From Longimicrobiales bacterium (GTDB lineage: Bacteria; Gemmatimonadota; Gemmatimonadetes; Longimicrobiales; Gaopeijiaceae): a stretch of DNA of 64,000 nt. The notes below the pieces were generated by a model, which saw only the letters and a list, made by a program, of their open reading frames with translations, was not told the origin of the DNA and did not search any database. The DNA is taken from NCBI GenBank assembly GCA_963664435.2, contig CAXXKM010000001.1, forward strand, positions 672,001 through 736,000. The letters run 5' to 3'. The position numbers and the translations under genes were made by a program. Positions within the stretch are counted from its first letter, which is position 1. Each line of letters begins with the position of its first letter. This document shows, piece by piece, positions 1-8,688 of this stretch.

Positions 1-1193
1 AGCGCCTCGATCGTGTCCCGGCACTGCCCGCCAACATAGCTCGCGGGCGACATGCCCACACCGAGCAGCTCGTCCCACGGCGCCTCGTCGAGTCCCAGAA
101 TCCGGTACATGATCGGCGTGATGTCCGCGGGCGCCAGATCGCGCAAAAGGGACGCGTGCAGCTGCTTCATCTCGTTGACGTAGATGCCGCCCGACTGATG
201 CTGGTAGGTGATCGGCTTTACCCAGTCGGCGTAGTCCTTCGTCTCGGCCCAGGGCCATTGCGCCTTGCGGAAGGGGTTGAAGTGGTTGCGGTTCCACACG
301 TTGAGCCCGAACTCGAGCGCCGGATCGCACCACTTGACGAGCCCGTACAGCTCGCGGTCCAGGTCCTTGTTGCGCTCCACCCAGTGCCGCTCGAGCAGCA
401 GGAACTCGGGATTGTCGAGCAGCACCCGGAGCCCGGTGATGAGGGCGCCGTCCGTAAAGTGCTCCCCCGCGCGCGCGTTCCTGAAGTAGTCGTGAAGGGC
501 CGCGCACGCCCGTCGCGCGCCCTCGGCGTCGATCCCGGCCCTGTCCAGTCGCGCGAGGCAGTGCGTGCAGAAGCATCCCGGCGCCATCCCGGTCACCAGC
601 TGGTCCAGAGGGCTGCGGCGCTCGTTGCACCACATGATGCCGTCGATGTCGTAGCTGCGGCAGTGGTCCTCGATCAGCGCGTGCCACCACCCCCGGTAGT
701 CCGGGTTCTCGAGACACGGCGCGCCGCTGATCCGGCCCAGATAGTCCACCTCCATGAGCTGCACCAGGTTGGGGATCTGCACGGTATTCGCCGACCCATG
801 CCCGGAATACTTGAAGAGCGGTTCCATCAGCTCCGGGATGACCTTCATTCCCCGCTCCCGGGCACCAGGGATGACCATCTCCAGGATGTCCCGTCCCCGC
901 ATCCCCTCGTCCGGGGCGCGGAAGTTGGTGACGCTGGTGTTGCGGTAGAACTCGGGATGATGCGCGAGATAGGATCCGCCCTGGACTTCGAGCGGCTCCG
1001 GGACGCCGTGGTCCGGCCATCCGTCGATCTTCCACGAGATGCTGCGCCCGATCTTGAGCCCGAGCCAGCTCACGGTTCCCAGAAACACCACATTCACGCC
1101 CACGCGCTGTTGCAACGTGTCCAGCACTGCGTCCACGCCTTCGTCCACGAAGCTCGCGGGCCCGATCTGGACCCCTACGCACCTGTCGGTCAC
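1..1193 (-). CDS. Partial ORF running off the left edge; glycoside-hydrolase-like TIM-barrel protein (uncharacterised)
   Basis: Own translation from GTG at 1193 (GGAGG upstream): VTDRCVGVQIGPASFVDEGVDAVLD...PCLENPDYRGWWHALIEDHCRSYDIDGIMWCNER...CFCTHC, open to position 1. The YDIDGI and CFCxHC motifs recall GH-like TIM barrels. Absent from the ORF track because it is truncated. Confidence 0.6.
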   Translation of the reverse strand, partial: MTDRCVGVQIGPASFVDEGVDAVLDTLQQRVGVNVVFLGTVSWLGLKIGRSISWKIDGWPDHGVPEPLEVQGGSYLAHHPEFYRNTSVTNFRAPDEGMRGRDILEMVIPGARERGMKVIPELMEPLFKYSGHGSANTVQIPNLVQLMEVDYLGRISGAPCLENPDYRGWWHALIEDHCRSYDIDGIMWCNERRSPLDQLVTGMAPGCFCTHCLARLDRAGIDAEGARRACAALHDYFRNARAGEHFTDGALITGLRVLLDNPEFLLLERHWVERNKDLDRELYGLVKWCDPALEFGLNVWNRNHFNPFRKAQWPWAETKDYADWVKPITYQHQSGGIYVNEMKQLHASLLRDLAPADITPIMYRILGLDEAPWDELLGVGMSPASYVGGQCRDTIEA

Positions 1194-1217
1194 GGTCGAT
1201 GATCCTCCCTTGTCCTA

Positions 1218-1253
1218 TACTGGTGTCTACTGACGACTTACTGGTGTCTACTG
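1218..1253. repeat. 15-bp direct repeat TACTGGTGTCTACTG x2 (period 21) upstream of the GH-like gene
   Basis: Exact copies at 1218-1232 and 1239-1253. Confidence 0.7.
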
Positions 1254-1287
1254 GATACATGCCGGGCGGTCACCGGTCCGCCTCGCC

Positions 1288-1336
1288 CCACGCCCGCATG
1301 GCGCTCCACGCCCGCATGTCGCTCCACCCGGCATGT
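1288..1336. repeat. 18-bp tandem repeat CCACGCCCGCATG(G/T)CGCT, about 2.7 copies
   Basis: Units at 1288-1305 and 1306-1323, partial unit at 1324-1336. Confidence 0.6.
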
Positions 1337-1344
1337 GTCTGCGC

Positions 1345-2169
1345 TCACCGGCCCTTCAACCTCGGATCCAGCATCTCCTGCAGGCTGTCGCCCAGGAGAT
1401 TCGTGGCCATGACGACGGTGAATATGGCGAGCCCGGGGAAGGTCGAAATCCACCATGCCCGCCCCAGCACGTCGCGACCCACGGCGACCATCAGCCCCCA
1501 CTCCGGCGTCGGAGGCTGCGCGCCCAGTCCCAGAAAGCTCAGTCCCGCGCCCACCGATATCGCGTGTCCGAACTCGAGCGTCGAGAGCACGAGCAGCGGG
1601 ATCGCCGTGTTCGGGAGCACGTGCCGCAGGATGATCCGGACATCCGGCACGCCCAGGAGCCGGGCCGCGTCGATGTATTCCTGCTCGCGCACGGTCAGCA
1701 CCGTCCCCCGCACCAGGCGCGCGTAGCGCGGGATCGTGGATACGCCGACCGCGACCATGACGTTGGTGATGCTCGGACCGAGCGCCGCGATGACGACGAG
1801 GGCCAGGAGGATGCCGGGAAAGGCCAGCATCGCATCCACCATGCGCATCAGCACCGTGTCCACCGGGCCGCGGTAATAGCCGGACACGAGCCCCAGCGCG
1901 GAGCCCAGCACCGAGCCGATGGCGACGCTGATGAAGCCGAGGATGAGCGACACGCGCGCGCCGTACACGACGCGGCTGAAGACGTCCCTGCCGAGCCGGT
2001 CCGTCCCGAACCAGAACTCCGCCGAGGGCGCCTCGCGTGCCCCGGAGACCGTGGCCAGCGGATCATGGGGCGAGCCGAGGGCGGCGAAGATGGCCAGGAG
2101 CACCCACCCCGCGAGGATGCAGCTGCCGGCGATGAACCCCGGGGTCAGGGTGCGGCCCGCGACGGTCAT
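1345..2169 (-). CDS. dppC: Peptide/nickel ABC transporter permease (DppC/OppC type)
   Basis: FGTDRLGRDVFSRVVYGARVSL, EYIDAARLLG (EAA loop) and RHVLPN motifs. ATG at 2169 overlaps the upstream stop. Confidence 0.9.
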   Translation of the reverse strand: MTVAGRTLTPGFIAGSCILAGWVLLAIFAALGSPHDPLATVSGAREAPSAEFWFGTDRLGRDVFSRVVYGARVSLILGFISVAIGSVLGSALGLVSGYYRGPVDTVLMRMVDAMLAFPGILLALVVIAALGPSITNVMVAVGVSTIPRYARLVRGTVLTVREQEYIDAARLLGVPDVRIILRHVLPNTAIPLLVLSTLEFGHAISVGAGLSFLGLGAQPPTPEWGLMVAVGRDVLGRAWWISTFPGLAIFTVVMATNLLGDSLQEMLDPRLKGR

Positions 2170-3110
2170 GCCGGCGCCCCGTCGCGAATGCGCGGATCGA
2201 GCCAGGCCGCAAGCAGATCCACGAGCAGGTTCACGACGACGTAGGCGGTGGCCATGAACAGCACGATCCCCTGCACCAGCGGATAGTCCTTCCAGAGGAT
2301 CGCGCTCACCACCAGGCGGCCCAGCCCGGGGCGGCTGAAGACCGTTTCCGTCACGACCGCGCCCGCGAGCATCGCCCCAAACTGAAGCCCGAGGATGGTC
2401 AGAACCGGAAGGAAGGCGTTCCGGAGCGCGTGCCTCAGATAGACGATGCGCCTGGGCAGGCCCTTCGCCCACGCCGCGCGCACGTAGTCTTCGACCAGCA
2501 CCTCGAGCAGCGAGGCCCGCGTCAGCCGCGCGATCACCCCCGCGGACAGGAGCCCCAGCGACAGGCTGGGAAGCACGAGCGAGCGGAGTCCTTCCGATCC
2601 CGCCGGCGGGAACCAGGGCAGCCAGAACGAGAACACGAGGATCAGCAGGAGACCGAGCCAGAAGAGCGGCAGCGACACCCCCGCGTAGGCGAGCACTCGG
2701 CTGAACCCGTCGATCCACGAGCCCTGTTTGAGGGCGGCGAGCACTCCCGTGGTCACTCCGATGATCACCGCGAAGAGGATGCCGCCCAGGCTGAGGGCGA
2801 GCGTCGAGCCCAGGCGGTCGAGGATCAGGTCGAGGACAGGCGCGCGCAGTCGGACCGAGGTTCCCAGATCGGCCGTGACCGCGCCCCGCAGGAACCGGCC
2901 ATACTGCACGGGGAGCGGGTCGTTAAGCCCCATCTCCTCGCGCAACTGCTCCTGCCGCTCCGGCGTTACGGACCCGCTCTCGGCTCCCGAGAGCATCAGC
3001 TGCACGGGATCGCCGGGGAGGGCGTGCATGATCGAGAAGACCGCGACCGATACCAGAAGCAATACCACGCCCAGCTGGGCTACGCGTCCGGCGAGGTAGC
3101 TGGCGAACAT
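2166..3110 (-). CDS. dppB: Peptide/nickel ABC transporter permease (DppB/OppB type)
   Basis: LPGDP, GLNDPLPVQY, DYVRAAWAKGL, RHALRNAFLP, ETVFSRPGLG and LDPRI motifs. Confidence 0.92.
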   Translation of the reverse strand: MFASYLAGRVAQLGVVLLLVSVAVFSIMHALPGDPVQLMLSGAESGSVTPERQEQLREEMGLNDPLPVQYGRFLRGAVTADLGTSVRLRAPVLDLILDRLGSTLALSLGGILFAVIIGVTTGVLAALKQGSWIDGFSRVLAYAGVSLPLFWLGLLLILVFSFWLPWFPPAGSEGLRSLVLPSLSLGLLSAGVIARLTRASLLEVLVEDYVRAAWAKGLPRRIVYLRHALRNAFLPVLTILGLQFGAMLAGAVVTETVFSRPGLGRLVVSAILWKDYPLVQGIVLFMATAYVVVNLLVDLLAAWLDPRIRDGAPA

Positions 3111-3233
3111 GGGGGTGGCTGGCGGCCTTGCGTGTGGAGGTGGTGGTTTTCCGGCGGGAAACTACCGCGTGGCATGGGCATGTGCGAGCATCGCCGCGCT
3201 CCGACGAACGGTCGGATGACGGCTTGAGCGGCT

Positions 3234-3267
3234 CTTACCCTACAGGGGTAAGTCGGATATCTTACCC
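3234..3267. promoter_or_regulatory. Probable TA auto-repression operator: CTTACCC-N5-GGGTAAG plus a third half-site CTTACCC
   Basis: Half-sites at 3234-3240, 3246-3252 and 3261-3267, immediately upstream of the antitoxin ATG. Confidence 0.6.
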
Positions 3268-3270
3268 GCT

Positions 3271-3531
3271 ATGAGGACCATCATCTCCACCAAGGGACAA
3301 CTCGTCCTTCCCGCCGAGCTTCGCCAGCAAGACGGCGTTGCCCCCGGCCAGGAGTTCGAAATCGAGCGGCTCGGACCGGGAGTCTACCGTCTCGCCCGCG
3401 CCGAGGCACCGGCGAACGCAGGCTTGGTGGACTGGTTGCTGGCCTGTCCCGAGAAGGGGTGGTTCGTGCCCGTTCCCTCCGAGTCGACCGCAGACCTGCA
3501 GGATCCGGGGATCGAGGAACCGGTCGATTAA
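3271..3531 (+). CDS. vapB: AbrB/MazE/SpoVT-family antitoxin
   Basis: MRTIISTKGQLVLPAELRQQDG: SxKGQxxLP swapped-hairpin motif, directly upstream of a PIN toxin. Confidence 0.85.
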   Translation: MRTIISTKGQLVLPAELRQQDGVAPGQEFEIERLGPGVYRLARAEAPANAGLVDWLLACPEKGWFVPVPSESTADLQDPGIEEPVD

Positions 3532-3943
3532 GTATCTGGTCGACACGAACGTCCTCTCCGAGGCCACGCGGCCGAACCCGGACCCGAAAGTGATCGAGTG
3601 GCTGCGGAACCACGAGCCGCACCTGGTCGTGAACCCCGTGGTCCTCGGCGAAGTCTGGTACGGGATACGCCTGCTGAGACCCGGGCGCGGTCGCGACTCC
3701 CTCGAGTTCTGGTTCACCGAGGTCGTGCGCCGGATCCACTGTGTGCCACTGGACGCGGATACCGGACTCCGCTGGGCCGAACTCCTCACCCGACTCCGCT
3801 CCCGTGGGAGATCGATGCCCGTCAAGGACAGCCTGATTGCGGCGACCGCACTTTCTCACGGACTCGTCGTGGTTACCCGCAACCGAAAGGATTTCGAGTC
3901 GGCTGGGGTCGAAATCGTGAATCCGTTCGCTCATCCAGATTGA
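3527..3943 (+). CDS. vapC: VapC PIN-domain toxin (apparent ATT start)
   Basis: IKYLVDTNVLSE...DSLIAATALSHGLVVVTRNRKDF. The only plausible start near the domain boundary is ATT at 3527, with GAGGA 8 nt upstream. Confidence 0.85.
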   Translation: MKYLVDTNVLSEATRPNPDPKVIEWLRNHEPHLVVNPVVLGEVWYGIRLLRPGRGRDSLEFWFTEVVRRIHCVPLDADTGLRWAELLTRLRSRGRSMPVKDSLIAATALSHGLVVVTRNRKDFESAGVEIVNPFAHPD

Positions 3944-4022
3944 TGGGCTGCTCGCTCTGCGGAGATCCCGGATCTTCTCGCCGGCAACGGAACGAAAGCG
4001 TCGGCGCCACCCCTCCGTCGGC

Positions 4023-5450
4023 TCACCCCGGGACTCCCGCTGGAGCGCCTGTGGAAGCCTCGGCAGAGACGGCCGCAAGCGCCCCCACCAGCTCCCCGAC
4101 ATGCCCGAGCTCATCCACCCGCTCAAGGACTTCCAGCGCCGCATCGATCCCCGCGCCGTCCATCACGAGGCTCGCGCAGTCCCGGAACTTCGCGTGCAGT
4201 TCCTCCCGGCTCAGGGGACGCTCCGGACCGCCGGGATAGGTGTCCGCCTCGGTGTGGAGTTCGGTGCCGTCGCGGAGGCGGACGTCGATCGCGCTGCGCA
4301 TGCGGTCGTAGCCGCGCGCGTCGATCGCCTCGTCGAACTGGACGGTCACCCGGCGCATCATGTCCGCCGCCTCCTCGGAGAGGACGAAGTCGTCGTGGAA
4401 CTCGCGGATCCCGGCCCGCCGGCGGAGGACGATGCTCGAGAGGACGAAGGGGATGCAGAACTTCGCCTCCAGTTCGTTGCGGGGGACGGGATACCGCAGC
4501 GGGTTGAGGATGTTGTGGCCGGCGCGGAAGGTGATGCCGGCGATGTCGTCCGGCGCGAGGTCGTGCTCGGTCACGAGCTCGAGCATGGCGGCCATGCTGG
4601 GGTGGCCGAGGCTTCCCGAGGGGAAGGGCTTCACGGACACGCCGGGGTCGAGCAGGGTGTAGGGCGCGCCCAGGGCGCCGACCAGCCGCTCGGGCTCGAA
4701 GCCGCCGCCGAACACGCGGAAGAAGCCCCACGGCGCCTCCAGCGCATCGCTGCCGGCCGTGAAGCCGCGCGCCGCGAGGTCGACCGCCACGATGCCGTTC
4801 TCGGCGGCGCGCCCGGCGTGGAGCGGCTTGGTCATGGTGCCGAACCCGAGCCGTATCCCCGACGAGAGGCTCGCCGCGATGCCGAGCGCCATGGCGAGGT
4901 CGTCCGCGTCCAGCCCGGCCAGCCTGGCGGCCGTCGCGCAGGCCCCGAGCGTGCCGATCGTCGCGGTCGAGTGGAACCCTTCCCTGTAGTGCCGGGGATC
5001 GATCGCCTCGGCGATCTTGCACTCCACCTCGAAGCCGATGAGGAACGCCTCCAGGAACTCGGCGCCCGTGGCTCCCACCCGTTCCGCCATCGCGTACCCC
5101 GCCGACAGCGGCGCCACCGTGGGGTGGGTGAGGAGCCCGAAGATGCGGTCGGGGGCGTTCGAGAGCTGCGTGTCGTCGAAGTCCATCGCGTGGCCCGCCG
5201 TGCCGTTGGCGCGCGCCGCGAGCGAGGCCGGGGCGCGGGTGTCCGGCGGCCCGAAGATGGTCGCCTCCGCGTGCCCCCCCTGCGCCGCGATCTGGTCCTG
5301 CACGATGCGGGAGCAGGCGTCCGTGGACCCGGCGAGGATCACGCCCGTGCCGTCCAGCACGCAGCGCCGCCCCTCGCTCAGCAGCCGCTCCGGGAAGTCC
5401 GTGATGTTCGTTTCGAGGATGAAGTCGATGACCGCGCGTGTCGCGCTCAC
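4023..5450 (-). CDS. MmgE/PrpD family protein
   Basis: NGTAGHAMDFDDT, GFHSTATIG, GTMTKPLHAG and EAKFCIPF motifs. GTG start at 5450 overlaps the tctA stop. Confidence 0.88.
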   Translation of the reverse strand: MSATRAVIDFILETNITDFPERLLSEGRRCVLDGTGVILAGSTDACSRIVQDQIAAQGGHAEATIFGPPDTRAPASLAARANGTAGHAMDFDDTQLSNAPDRIFGLLTHPTVAPLSAGYAMAERVGATGAEFLEAFLIGFEVECKIAEAIDPRHYREGFHSTATIGTLGACATAARLAGLDADDLAMALGIAASLSSGIRLGFGTMTKPLHAGRAAENGIVAVDLAARGFTAGSDALEAPWGFFRVFGGGFEPERLVGALGAPYTLLDPGVSVKPFPSGSLGHPSMAAMLELVTEHDLAPDDIAGITFRAGHNILNPLRYPVPRNELEAKFCIPFVLSSIVLRRRAGIREFHDDFVLSEEAADMMRRVTVQFDEAIDARGYDRMRSAIDVRLRDGTELHTEADTYPGGPERPLSREELHAKFRDCASLVMDGAGIDAALEVLERVDELGHVGELVGALAAVSAEASTGAPAGVPG

Positions 5451-6943
5451 TCTTGCTCCTTTGCTTGTCGTTTTGCGGAAACGAGACGGTTCCTGACCGC
5501 CGGGGCCGCGAAGCTGACCACCGCCAGCGCGAGCAGCACCAGACCGATCGGACTCTCGAGGAAGACCGTGTGCGAGCCCGACGACAGCGTGAGGGCCCGC
5601 CGATAGTTCGTCTCGATCATGGGACCGAGGATGAGGCCGAGCACGGCCGGCGCCAGCGGATATCCGGCCCGCAACATGGCGAAGCCGACGACCCCGAAGA
5701 AGAGGGCCACCCAGGCGTCGGCCGCGTTCCCGCGCAGCGCGAAGACGCCCACGAGCGAGATGGCCACGACCAGCGGCATCAGGATCGACGGGCGCAGCCG
5801 CACGACGCGCGTCCACAGGGGGATCCCGAGGCGCCCCACGGCCAGCATGAGCAGCACCGCCACCAGGAACCCGGCGTACAGCGCGTAGACGAGTTCGGAG
5901 CGCTCGGCCATCAACAGCGGGCCCGGCGCGACGCCCTGCACCGTGAGGCCCCCGAGCAGCACGGCGGCGCTCGCCGACCCCGGAATCCCGAGCGCGAGAA
6001 GGGGGATCATGGCGGCGCCCACGCAGGAGTTGTTCGCCGCCTCGGGCGCCGCGATGCCGGCCGGCACTCCGGTCCCGAACCGCTCCCGGTCCTTCGAGAC
6101 GCGCCGCTCCTCGTTCCACGCCACGATCGAGGCGATCGTCGCCCCGGCGCCGGGGATGGCCCCGATCAGCCCGCCGATCGCCGACCCGCGCAGAATCGTG
6201 CGCCAGAGCCCGAACAGCTCACGGGCCCCGGGCAGCGCCCCCGTGATGCCGGCCCCGGGCGCCGTCGCCTTGCGCCCGCCGGCCGACGCCTTCAGCGCCT
6301 CGGCAATGGCGAAGAAGCCGATCAGCATCGGCACCAGCCCGAGCCCGTCCATGAGCATGTTCGTGCCGAGCGTGAGCCGCGGCGCCCCCGTGAGCACGTC
6401 CAGCCCGACGATGAAGAAAACGAGTCCCAGCAGCGCGCTGATGATCCCCTTCAGAGGATCCCTTCCCACGAGGTTCGCGACGATCGAGAGGCCGAACACG
6501 CCGAGCCCGAAGTACTCCGCCGGCCCGAAGGCGATCGCCGCCCGCGAAAGCGGCCCGAGCGCCAGCACGAGGAGAATCGTCCCCAGGATCCCCCCGCTCA
6601 TGGAGGAGAAGAGGGAGATCCCCAGCGCGCGCCCCGCCTCGCCCCGCTGCGTCATGGCGTAGCCGTCGAAGGTCGTCGCGAGCGCGGGCGAGCTGCCCGG
6701 AACCCCGATCGCAATCGCCGTGATCGATCCTCCGTACTCCGCCGCCATGTAGATCGAGACCATCATCAGGAGCGCCGGCGTCGGGTCGAGCGCGAAGGTC
6801 AACGGGAGGACGAGCGCGAGCCCCACCGTCGAACTCAGCCCCGGCATCGCCCCGGCGAACACCCCGAGCAGGCTGCCGCCCAGCAGCGCGGCGAGGTTCC
6901 CCGGCTGCAGCGCCGTCAGGAGACCGTCGAGGAAGGCCGACAC
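5447..6943 (-). CDS. tctA: Tripartite tricarboxylate transporter large permease TctA
   Basis: GAMPGLSSTVG, EYGGSITAI, APEAANN and LGIPGS motifs. Confidence 0.93.
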   Translation of the reverse strand: MSAFLDGLLTALQPGNLAALLGGSLLGVFAGAMPGLSSTVGLALVLPLTFALDPTPALLMMVSIYMAAEYGGSITAIAIGVPGSSPALATTFDGYAMTQRGEAGRALGISLFSSMSGGILGTILLVLALGPLSRAAIAFGPAEYFGLGVFGLSIVANLVGRDPLKGIISALLGLVFFIVGLDVLTGAPRLTLGTNMLMDGLGLVPMLIGFFAIAEALKASAGGRKATAPGAGITGALPGARELFGLWRTILRGSAIGGLIGAIPGAGATIASIVAWNEERRVSKDRERFGTGVPAGIAAPEAANNSCVGAAMIPLLALGIPGSASAAVLLGGLTVQGVAPGPLLMAERSELVYALYAGFLVAVLLMLAVGRLGIPLWTRVVRLRPSILMPLVVAISLVGVFALRGNAADAWVALFFGVVGFAMLRAGYPLAPAVLGLILGPMIETNYRRALTLSSGSHTVFLESPIGLVLLALAVVSFAAPAVRNRLVSAKRQAKEQE

Positions 6944-6958
6944 GCCCGCGTCGCCCGG

Positions 6959-7519
6959 TCAGAACCCGGTCGGCAGCGGCACGCCGAGCAGGACCATGAA
7001 CACCAGGTAGATGAACCCGGCGAAGGCGAGCGGCACCGAGACCAGTATCCGCCACGAACGCTCGCCCGTCAGCCACATGAGGCCGACGACGAGAAGCGGC
7101 ACCGAGAGGACGGTTCCGAGGAGCGGCCATACGAGGAGGAAGGCGGCGATCCAGGCCACGGCGATCCACACTCCGAAGCGCTGGACGCGGGTGCTTGCCC
7201 GTACGCCTGCGGCAGAGTCCGAGGATGCATTTCCGCGGGAACGTCCAGCGCTCGATTCGCCGCCCGAGCCACTGTCCTTCGCACCGCCCGATCCTCCCCC
7301 TCTCGCGCCACGCCAGGCACGGATCGCGAGCCAGGCCGCGCAGGCGATGAGGAGCGCCGCGAGCAGTCGGGGGAAGAAGGCCGGGCCCGGGGCGCCCTCG
7401 GCCAGCGAAGGGGGATAGCCGCGCGAGTCGAGCAGGACCGCGGCTCCGACGGCGGCGAGCAGCCCGGCCTCGGCCAGGAGGCGCAGCGGTGGGCTTCCGC
7501 GCGCGGAGCGGCTACCCAT
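6959..7519 (-). CDS. tctB: Tripartite tricarboxylate transporter small subunit TctB
   Basis: GPAFFPRLLA and C-terminal VFMVLLGVPLPTG; four TM segments; lies between tctC and tctA. Confidence 0.85.
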   Translation of the reverse strand: MGSRSARGSPPLRLLAEAGLLAAVGAAVLLDSRGYPPSLAEGAPGPAFFPRLLAALLIACAAWLAIRAWRGARGGGSGGAKDSGSGGESSAGRSRGNASSDSAAGVRASTRVQRFGVWIAVAWIAAFLLVWPLLGTVLSVPLLVVGLMWLTGERSWRILVSVPLAFAGFIYLVFMVLLGVPLPTGF

Positions 7520-8561
7520 CCAGGATTCCCAGCCGTCGCAGCAGGTCCCGGCTCGTCGTGACTTCCTCCGTCATCCAGGCCCCGAACGCCTCCGCATCCT
7601 CCATCGTCGCGTACTCGAGGGCGGCGCGCTCCATGTACTCCCGGAACCCCGGACCGTCGATCGCGGCCAGGAGACGGGCGCGGATGTCGGCCCGCGTCCC
7701 GGGGTCCAGCCCCGGCGGGCCCACCACCCCGCGCCAGTGGACGGGCTGGAGATCATACCCCTGGTCCGCGTAGCTCGGGGTGTCCGGGAGCGCCTCGACG
7801 GGCAGCGCGGTCCCCAGCACGCGCATCGTCCCCGCGCGCAGGTGCTCGCGCACGATATTGTAATTCGTGTGCGCCGCGTCCGTGTGGCCACCGAGCGCCG
7901 CGACCACCGCGTCCGCCGACCCTTCGTAGGCGATCCAGCGGACATCCGGATCTCCCGCCGCCGCCCGCAACCGGGCGAAGCCGAGGAAATGGGCCGACGC
8001 CGCCCCGAACCCCGACATCGACACCTCGCCGGGCCGGGCGTGAGCGGCCTCGAACAGGTCTCCCAGCGTGCGAAAGGGGCTGTCGTCCCGCACCGCGACG
8101 AGGAAGGGATCGATCTGGATGCGGAGGATGGGCGTGAAGTCCTCCGGGCCGAAGGGGATCCGCCCGGTCGCCATGTTCACCGTCCCGCTCGCCGTGAACA
8201 CGCCGAGCACGTGAGGGTCCCCCGCACGGCCCTGCATGTACTGCATGCCGGCGGCCCCCGCCCCGCCCTGCCGGGTCATCACGTTCACGCGCTGCCCGTC
8301 GAAGTGCGCCGGCGCGACATCGGCCAGCGCCCGCGAGAGGAGGTCCGAGGGGCCGCCGGGGGTCGCCCAGGAAACGATTTCGATGGGGCGGTTGGGGAAG
8401 GCGGCGTCCTCCCCGCCCGGCGAGCAGGTGGCTGAGGCCAGGAGAGCGAAGGCTATGGCCACTACCCGAAGACGCCTGGATCCGGACCGGGGCTGGTAGC
8501 TGCCCGGACGGGCTGCGGTTCGCGTCCGAAGTGACGAAGCGGTCGTTGCTCGATGTTTCAT
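7512..8561 (-). CDS. tctC: Tripartite tricarboxylate transporter substrate-binding protein TctC (Bug family)
   Basis: FPNRPIEIVSWATPGGPSD, GGAGAAG, YEGSADAVVAALGGHTD and WRGVVGPPG motifs. Start uncertain (ATG at 8561 chosen). Confidence 0.88.
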   Translation of the reverse strand: MKHRATTASSLRTRTAARPGSYQPRSGSRRLRVVAIAFALLASATCSPGGEDAAFPNRPIEIVSWATPGGPSDLLSRALADVAPAHFDGQRVNVMTRQGGAGAAGMQYMQGRAGDPHVLGVFTASGTVNMATGRIPFGPEDFTPILRIQIDPFLVAVRDDSPFRTLGDLFEAAHARPGEVSMSGFGAASAHFLGFARLRAAAGDPDVRWIAYEGSADAVVAALGGHTDAAHTNYNIVREHLRAGTMRVLGTALPVEALPDTPSYADQGYDLQPVHWRGVVGPPGLDPGTRADIRARLLAAIDGPGFREYMERAALEYATMEDAEAFGAWMTEEVTTSRDLLRRLGILDG

Positions 8562-8650
8562 GCAGGGGAATATGACGGTCGCGGTGGCGGTCGGCCACCG
8601 GGCGCCGGACGGTGAGATCCGTTTCGGTTGGTCTGGCGTCCCGCCTGTTT

Positions 8651-8665
8651 TCAAGATTATCTTGA
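8651..8665. promoter_or_regulatory. Palindrome TCAAGAT-T-ATCTTGA, candidate XRE operator
   Basis: Perfect 7-bp arms in the short divergent tctC / XRE-IrrE intergenic region. Confidence 0.55.
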
Positions 8666-8688
8666 GTTCAGCCTACGGGAGGGGAGAG

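Noticed and set aside
156..1202. 348-aa plus-strand ORF and many similar long ORFs (e.g. 4101-5606, 5438-7561, 45110-46960)
   Set aside because: Antisense or off-frame shadows of real genes in high-GC DNA, with no motifs.
4023..6119. Apparent long fusions in the ORF track (698-aa PrpD, 1042-aa VirB11, 508-aa VirB8, 457-aa DppC)
   Set aside because: The N-terminal extensions are off-frame overlaps of upstream genes; real starts have RBS or stop-start overlaps.
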